From an uncultured Bacteroidota bacterium (GTDB lineage Bacteria; Bacteroidota; Bacteroidia; UKL13-3): 64,000 nucleotides of DNA. Shown here in pieces: positions 59,004-64,000 of the stretch; position 1 is the first letter of the stretch; the number at the start of each line of letters is the position of its first letter. The stretch is from contig CAIYNF010000012.1 of assembly GCA_903927505.1 (NCBI GenBank), positions 8,941 to 72,940 on the forward strand, given 5' to 3'. The position numbers and the translations under genes are program-made. Below the pieces are notes generated by a model. It did no database searches. It was not told the DNA's origin and saw only the letters and a list, made by a program, of their open reading frames with translations.

Positions 59004-59870
59004 ATGAAAACACATACAACAAAAACTATAATGCCAGGTAAATTAACAATTATGTTATGCATTTTTATGTTGTTATTTTCAACGAAAATTAGCGCACAAG
59101 ACAGCTCAAAAATTAATTGTATTTTTGCACCCTCCTATTATAAAATAGTTCCAATATTTACAGCAGATTCAAGGGCTCACAGGCTTAGCATGCAAAAGAA
59201 TTTTGATGTAAATAATTATACCGCAAGTATGGGTGGTGTATTCCCATTTCTATGGATAAAAAAGGGAAACAAAATTATACAATTGAGTGCGGCGGGTTCT
59301 ACCTATTTAACATTAACCAGAGAAACACATTCGGGCAATTTACAAAACATAGATTTTTTTGGCGATTTATTTTGTGATATTAAACTCAATAAAAACTACC
59401 AACTAAGGTTAGGTACCGGACATAGCAGTCAGCATATGAGTGATGATGCCATAACAAGTGGCATGCCATTTAAAAACTATGCAAAAGATTACCACCAAGT
59501 ATTATTGGTATACCAACATACCAATTTGGCTCGAACCAAAAGCCAATTGATTTATGCGGGTTTATCCTACAATTACAATTTCAAAACCACAGGTGACATA
59601 TCAAACAAAGTTCTTTTGCAATGTGGCTTTGAGCATACACCTGTTAAATTAAGGAAAGGACATTTTTTGTATTATGCTGCTGATTTAAAATGGCGACAAG
59701 AATTGGATTTTGCCTATACCACTAATTTTCAAATTGGCTATAAAACCATGGATGTATTTGGAAAAACCATGCGCATTGCCATTGATTACACCAAGGGTAT
59801 TGATGAAAGAGGTTATTACCAGCCCATGAAAAGAGACTTCTTTCATCTTGGGTTTTATTTTGATTTGTAA
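59004..59870 (+). CDS. secreted/outer-membrane protein of unknown function
   Basis: N-terminal hydrophobic signal ..LTIMLCIFMLLFSTKISAQ, with beta-rich alternating segments. The start codon choice among three Met codons is uncertain. Confidence 0.55.
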   Translation: MKTHTTKTIMPGKLTIMLCIFMLLFSTKISAQDSSKINCIFAPSYYKIVPIFTADSRAHRLSMQKNFDVNNYTASMGGVFPFLWIKKGNKIIQLSAAGSTYLTLTRETHSGNLQNIDFFGDLFCDIKLNKNYQLRLGTGHSSQHMSDDAITSGMPFKNYAKDYHQVLLVYQHTNLARTKSQLIYAGLSYNYNFKTTGDISNKVLLQCGFEHTPVKLRKGHFLYYAADLKWRQELDFAYTTNFQIGYKTMDVFGKTMRIAIDYTKGIDERGYYQPMKRDFFHLGFYFDL

Positions 59871-60790
59871 TGAAGAAGTTTGCACTCGTTTTCTATTACA
59901 TTTTTATTTCAATAAACCTTGGCTTCGCAAATGTTGGATCGAACCAAGACAGCCTAAATTTTGATTCAAGCAGCGTTATAAAGAATGAATTAAGTAGGAA
60001 CCAAAAGCTCGTTATAGCAGGACTAGCAGCGCAACAAGCGGGAAGCTTATACTTAGAATATAAATGGTGGTGGGAAGGTGATTACCACTCGTTTGCCATA
60101 AAAAATGATGGTGGGTTTAATAATTACAGTTTAGGAATGGATAAGGTAGGCCATTTTTACACCTCCTATATGTACAGTAATTTACTATACGAGTTACTGA
60201 AATGGGGTGATTTTAGCGAACAAAAATGTACTTTTTACAGCACACTTTTACCCTTTGCTTGGGCTTTGAGCATTGAATTAGGCGATGGCTTTGCCACTGA
60301 ATTTGCCTTTTCGCCACAAGATTTATTGGCCAATAGTTTGGGAATTGGGTATGCTTATGCCCAAAGAAAAATCCCCTATTTACAAAATTTCAAATTCAAA
60401 TTTAGTTATTTTCCTGGGCAATATTACCGCCAAAACAACTATCAAAATTGGTCGTTAACTGCAGATTACAATGGCCATATTTATTGGCTAAGTACAGATG
60501 TACATAATATCTTACCAAACACGGCAAAAGCTTATTGGCCTAAGTATTTAAATTTGGCATTTGGTTATGGCATCAATAATTTTACTGAGGTGAATGCCTA
60601 TAAGGATAAAGGCTATGTTTTGCAGCGCGAATTTTTTATTGGATTGGATTACAATTTAGCTGCTATTCCGGCTAAAAATAGAACTGTAAAGGCTGCAAGA
60701 AACATGGTTGATTATTACCATTTTCCTGCTCCAGGATTGAAGAAAACAGACAATGGAAATTGGCAAGCACAAACATTATTATTAAATTAA
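59870..60790 (+). CDS. DUF2279-like envelope protein
   Basis: Signal-like N-terminus. YLEYKWWWEGDYHSFAIKNDGGFNNYSLGMDKVGHFYTSY matches my recollection of the DUF2279 signature. Its start overlaps the upstream stop (TAATG). Confidence 0.55.
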   Translation: MKKFALVFYYIFISINLGFANVGSNQDSLNFDSSSVIKNELSRNQKLVIAGLAAQQAGSLYLEYKWWWEGDYHSFAIKNDGGFNNYSLGMDKVGHFYTSYMYSNLLYELLKWGDFSEQKCTFYSTLLPFAWALSIELGDGFATEFAFSPQDLLANSLGIGYAYAQRKIPYLQNFKFKFSYFPGQYYRQNNYQNWSLTADYNGHIYWLSTDVHNILPNTAKAYWPKYLNLAFGYGINNFTEVNAYKDKGYVLQREFFIGLDYNLAAIPAKNRTVKAARNMVDYYHFPAPGLKKTDNGNWQAQTLLLN

Positions 60791-60796
60791 GAAAAC

Positions 60797-61108
60797 ATGA
60801 GATTTGAAAAACACATATTTATTTGCGCCAATCAAAAGGCCGAAGGAAAGGTTTGCTGCGGCGAACAACATGGCATGGCTTTGGTTGAAAAATTCAGAGA
60901 GGTGCTTTTGGAAAAAGGATTAAAAGGAAAAGTGAGGGCACAAAAATCGGGCTGTTTAGATGCTTGTAAATTTGGACCAACTTTGGTGATATACCCAGAA
61001 GGAACATATTATAAAAATGTACAGTTAACAGATGTAGAAAAAATAGTTGAACAACATATCATTCAAAACAAAATTGTGGCTGAGTTGGAACTACAATGGG
61101 AGCATTAG
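60797..61108 (+). CDS. thioredoxin-like [2Fe-2S] ferredoxin domain protein
   Basis: 103 aa with HIFICANQK..CCGEQ..SGCLDACKFGPTLVIYPEGTYY. Confidence 0.8.
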   Translation: MRFEKHIFICANQKAEGKVCCGEQHGMALVEKFREVLLEKGLKGKVRAQKSGCLDACKFGPTLVIYPEGTYYKNVQLTDVEKIVEQHIIQNKIVAELELQWEH

Positions 61109-63420
61109 AAACTGTAATTGTATTGAAAAACAGTTAAGCGCGGAGGGCGCATATCTGCAGGCCTTGTCATCATTTCTGCATTTAAAATATTACTCATTAC
61201 CAAGGCTATTTTCATTCGAGAATTAATTTGGTATGCTATGCGGGCATCCATAATGGTATTTCCATTTCGGTTGGCATAACGCGCATCTGCCACTCCTTTT
61301 ATAAAAATGGTAAGTGGAACACCTACAAAGGCTGCATCAATATTTTGCATGCTGCTATTGTATTTTAAACTGTATCCAATTTGCCATTTTTTGTAGGTTA
61401 CTTGTATGTCCCATTTCAGCAGGTGTTTGAACCTATATTTTAGCACATCACTGCTGTCGCTGCGCGTATTTCTGTAGTTGTAGGGGTTGCCAATTGAATC
61501 GTGGGCATAAACATAATTGGGATCGAGCATGGTTGGATTGGTGTAAGTATATCCAAATAGCGTTTGCAATTTCACCTTGCCAATTTTACCTTCTGCATTT
61601 ACACTTAAATCAGTTCCAACAATTTGTGTTTCGCCAATATTTAATGATTTAAAACCTAAACTAGGGAATGGATTAAATGGATCTGTAATGGGCTTCCAAA
61701 CCCCTAAATTAAAGTCGATCATATTTTGGTAACGGGTATAAAATACGGCAGCATCTAAAAATCCATTTACTCCTAAAAACGAAAATCCTTGTTTGGCGCC
61801 AAGCTCCGCGTTCCAGCCTGTTTCACTTTGCAATTGTGGATTTGGAAATACATTTAACAAACCAACATTGGTTTGCACATATCTTTCGGCAATGGAAGGA
61901 AAACGGTAACCTTGTCCGAAGCTGGCACGAAGAAAAGTAGCTTTAGCCATTTCATAATTTACACCAGCTCTAAAAACAGGTTTGGCTTCGGCCTTTCCAT
62001 TCATATTAAAATATTCGTAGCGGGCACCTAAGCTTAAGTTTAATTTCTTGGTAGGGCTTTGGTCGATTTGCAAATAAGCTGCATGATTTCTGCTGTTTTG
62101 GGTACCGCTGTATAATGGACTATTTGAAAGGTTCATGCTGGTAACCAAGCCCCCACTGATGCTCATTTTAAAACTAGCAATAAAGCGTTGAAGCAAATAT
62201 TCTCCATAAAAATTATGAGAGGAATTGTCTTGATTGGTGGTATGGTCTGAGGAGGTAATATCATTTGAAATATACATCCACCTACCCCTTAACACTTGTT
62301 TAAAATCGCCATTGATAAACGTTACACTTGGGTCGAAATAAAAGTTTTTAGATTTGGTTGTTGAATACTGCGAATCCAAGCTTGTGTAAGCATTTTTATA
62401 GCTATCCCAAAGTAAAAAAGAAGCACCATCTGAAATTAATGCACCGGCATTTAGGCCATAAATCAAATTTGTTTTAGGCGTAAATTTCAGGTTGGTATTT
62501 AGGCGTAATCTATTGTCGTTTTCACCCATGCGGTAGCCTTCATCTCTTAAATAATTTCCACTGAACGCAACTTGTAAATTATTTTTCTTGAATGTATGAA
62601 ATGCGCTGGCGCCATATTGTTTCAAAACTTGGTTTGTCCATTTAAAGTTGGGGTTTTCAGGATTGCTATATACCCCAGAAAATGCGCTGATGCGTGTAAT
62701 GGGTTTATCCTTAGCCAATTCGGTTCGAAAATGAACAATACCACTTAAGGCGCTTGAACCATATAAAACGGAAGATGCTCCTTTTACAACTTCAACTTGT
62801 TGCACATTTTCTATGGGAATAAAATTCCATTTTACCTGCCCGGCATCACCAGTTAAAAAAGGCATATCATCAAGCAAAACCATTACGTGCGAACCAACAC
62901 CGTATGTCCAACCGCTGCCGCTTCTAATGTTTACCTGCCCATCAATTACATTTACGCTTGGCACTTGGTCGAGGAGTTTATCCATGCCAGTGGTGTTTTT
63001 ATTTTGAATTAAGTAAGGTTGAATAATTTCTGTACTCACCATTACCCGTTTAACAGATTGTTCGCTGCGGTTTGCGGTAACCAAGGTTTGGTTCAACAAA
63101 TGGGAAACGGGTTTGAGGGAAATAAGCAAATTGGCGCCAGTGTTTGCTGAGCTGCTTGGCATTTGAAATTCATCGTATCCTAAATAGGAAACAAATAGGA
63201 TAGAATCTGAGCCATTTACCTTACTTATTTGCAAGGTAAATTCACCCTGGGCATTGGTAAGTGCAATTGTTTTTCCGCATTTTATCACCGCACCAACGAG
63301 GTCGTCGTGGTTGCTGGCATCTATTACTTTACCTGCAATAGAAATACCCTGCGCATGTAAAGAAATGGGCATAATAGCATGCAATAGAACCCAAATGAAA
63401 AGAAATTTATATCTTGCCAT
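61105..63420 (-). CDS. TonB-dependent receptor with N-terminal carboxypeptidase-regulatory-like domain
   Basis: Signal peptide, ISIAGKVIDASNHDDLVGAVI, plug motifs (VEVVKGASSVLYGSSALSGIV), and a C-terminal barrel ending ..LTVFQYNYSF. Confidence 0.92.
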   Translation of the reverse strand: MARYKFLFIWVLLHAIMPISLHAQGISIAGKVIDASNHDDLVGAVIKCGKTIALTNAQGEFTLQISKVNGSDSILFVSYLGYDEFQMPSSSANTGANLLISLKPVSHLLNQTLVTANRSEQSVKRVMVSTEIIQPYLIQNKNTTGMDKLLDQVPSVNVIDGQVNIRSGSGWTYGVGSHVMVLLDDMPFLTGDAGQVKWNFIPIENVQQVEVVKGASSVLYGSSALSGIVHFRTELAKDKPITRISAFSGVYSNPENPNFKWTNQVLKQYGASAFHTFKKNNLQVAFSGNYLRDEGYRMGENDNRLRLNTNLKFTPKTNLIYGLNAGALISDGASFLLWDSYKNAYTSLDSQYSTTKSKNFYFDPSVTFINGDFKQVLRGRWMYISNDITSSDHTTNQDNSSHNFYGEYLLQRFIASFKMSISGGLVTSMNLSNSPLYSGTQNSRNHAAYLQIDQSPTKKLNLSLGARYEYFNMNGKAEAKPVFRAGVNYEMAKATFLRASFGQGYRFPSIAERYVQTNVGLLNVFPNPQLQSETGWNAELGAKQGFSFLGVNGFLDAAVFYTRYQNMIDFNLGVWKPITDPFNPFPSLGFKSLNIGETQIVGTDLSVNAEGKIGKVKLQTLFGYTYTNPTMLDPNYVYAHDSIGNPYNYRNTRSDSSDVLKYRFKHLLKWDIQVTYKKWQIGYSLKYNSSMQNIDAAFVGVPLTIFIKGVADARYANRNGNTIMDARIAYQINSRMKIALVMSNILNAEMMTRPADMRPPRLTVFQYNYSF

Positions 63421-63432
63421 AAATTACAAATT

Positions 63433-64000
63433 ATGAAAAAAAGTATACTTTCAATAATACTCATTTGCGCTATGAGTTTTACCAACAATTTAATTGCACA
63501 ATGTACGCCCGACCCTAATTTAACTACTTCAGGAACCTTCCCAGCAGCATTAGATACTGCAAAAGTTGGCCAATTGTACAGTCAGGTTTTACAATACCAT
63601 ATTACCAAAGATACCACCATTTATGTGGCCCAGCTAGGAAGCACGGTAAATGCAAAAATAGATACCTTATGGATCACAGGCGTGGTGGGTATGCCAGATG
63701 GTTTTAGCTATACCTGTCATAATAAAGATTGTAAAATTATTGGAGGAGCCACGGGCTGCGCCACATTAACTGGAACTCCCAAGGATGGATCGGCTGGAAT
63801 TTATCCTTTAAGGGTACTTATTCAAATTAGGGCAACCGCTATGTTTGGACCACTACCTATTTCACAAACTGTAAATGATTCCAATATGCGTTATACTATA
63901 ATTGTTCAAGGCGGAACTGGCATTGGCGAAATGGTAGAAAACCAAGATGTTATTTTATATCCAAATCCGGCAAAAGCAGATTTACAGGTATACGTTCCAA
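63433..64000 (+). CDS. secreted T9SS cargo protein, 5' part (runs off the window; not in ORF track)
   Basis: ATG at 63433 with signal peptide MKKSILSIILICAMSFTNNLIAQ. The frame is open to the window end. The sorting domain begins at ..VILYPNPAKADLQVYVP. Confidence 0.8.
   Translation, partial: MKKSILSIILICAMSFTNNLIAQCTPDPNLTTSGTFPAALDTAKVGQLYSQVLQYHITKDTTIYVAQLGSTVNAKIDTLWITGVVGMPDGFSYTCHNKDCKIIGGATGCATLTGTPKDGSAGIYPLRVLIQIRATAMFGPLPISQTVNDSNMRYTIIVQGGTGIGEMVENQDVILYPNPAKADLQVYVP

Noticed and set aside
1-64000. Search for rRNA, tRNA, CRISPR arrays, transposases, integrases, phage genes and toxin-antitoxin pairs
   Set aside because: None was found. The intergenic gaps longer than 150 nt are AT-rich with no cloverleaf-like or direct-repeat/spacer structure (7758-8107, 16835-17019, 19474-19685, 20037-20259, 49349-49668 and 55594-55843). 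The only tRNA-like word, GGTTCGAACC, is always inside a CDS.

Overview
This is an AT-rich, Bacteroidota-type chromosomal segment. The signs are T9SS C-terminal sorting domains, TAnnTTTG-like -7 boxes and Bacteroidota-style ribosomal protein tails. The centre of the window (32192-49348, minus strand) is an uninterrupted ribosomal superoperon: rpsL-rpsG-fusA-rpsJ-rplC-rplD-rplW-rplB-rpsS-rplV-rpsC-rplP-rpmC-rpsQ-rplN-rplX-rplE-rpsN-rpsH-rplF-rplR-rpsE-rpmD-rplO-secY-infA-rpmJ-rpsM-rpsK-rpsD-rpoA-rplQ. rpmD and rpmJ fall below the ORF-track size cut-off and were found by hand. The flanks carry housekeeping genes: PPTase, methylmalonyl-CoA epimerase, etfBA, bifunctional nuclease, nucleoside transporter, a short ssb, recA, MlaEF-type ABC, SDR, long-form ispG, lipid kinase, uvrC, pabB and a TonB-dependent receptor. 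Mixed among them are many secreted or T9SS-type proteins. Two of these are paralogous giant beta-helix surface proteins: 49669-55593 (1974 aa), and an ORF missing from the track at <1-7757 on the minus strand (at least 2585 codons, running off the window). I saw no rRNA, tRNA, CRISPR array, transposase, integrase or prophage signal. Main leads: (1) the decamer palindrome GGTTCGAACC occurs five times, always in frame as Gly-Ser-Asn, far above the composition expectation. (2) A tight four-gene operon of unknown function encodes two heme-motif lipoproteins (CxxCH x2 and Cx4CH), a DUF5777-like barrel and YceI. (3) uvrC is split by a 1-nt frameshift beside an A5 run. (4) The giant adhesins show modular tandem duplication. 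Several smaller oddities are also listed. Most of the window is ordinary core genome, and I do not see a convincing defence island or mobile element. All coordinates and motif counts were read by eye.
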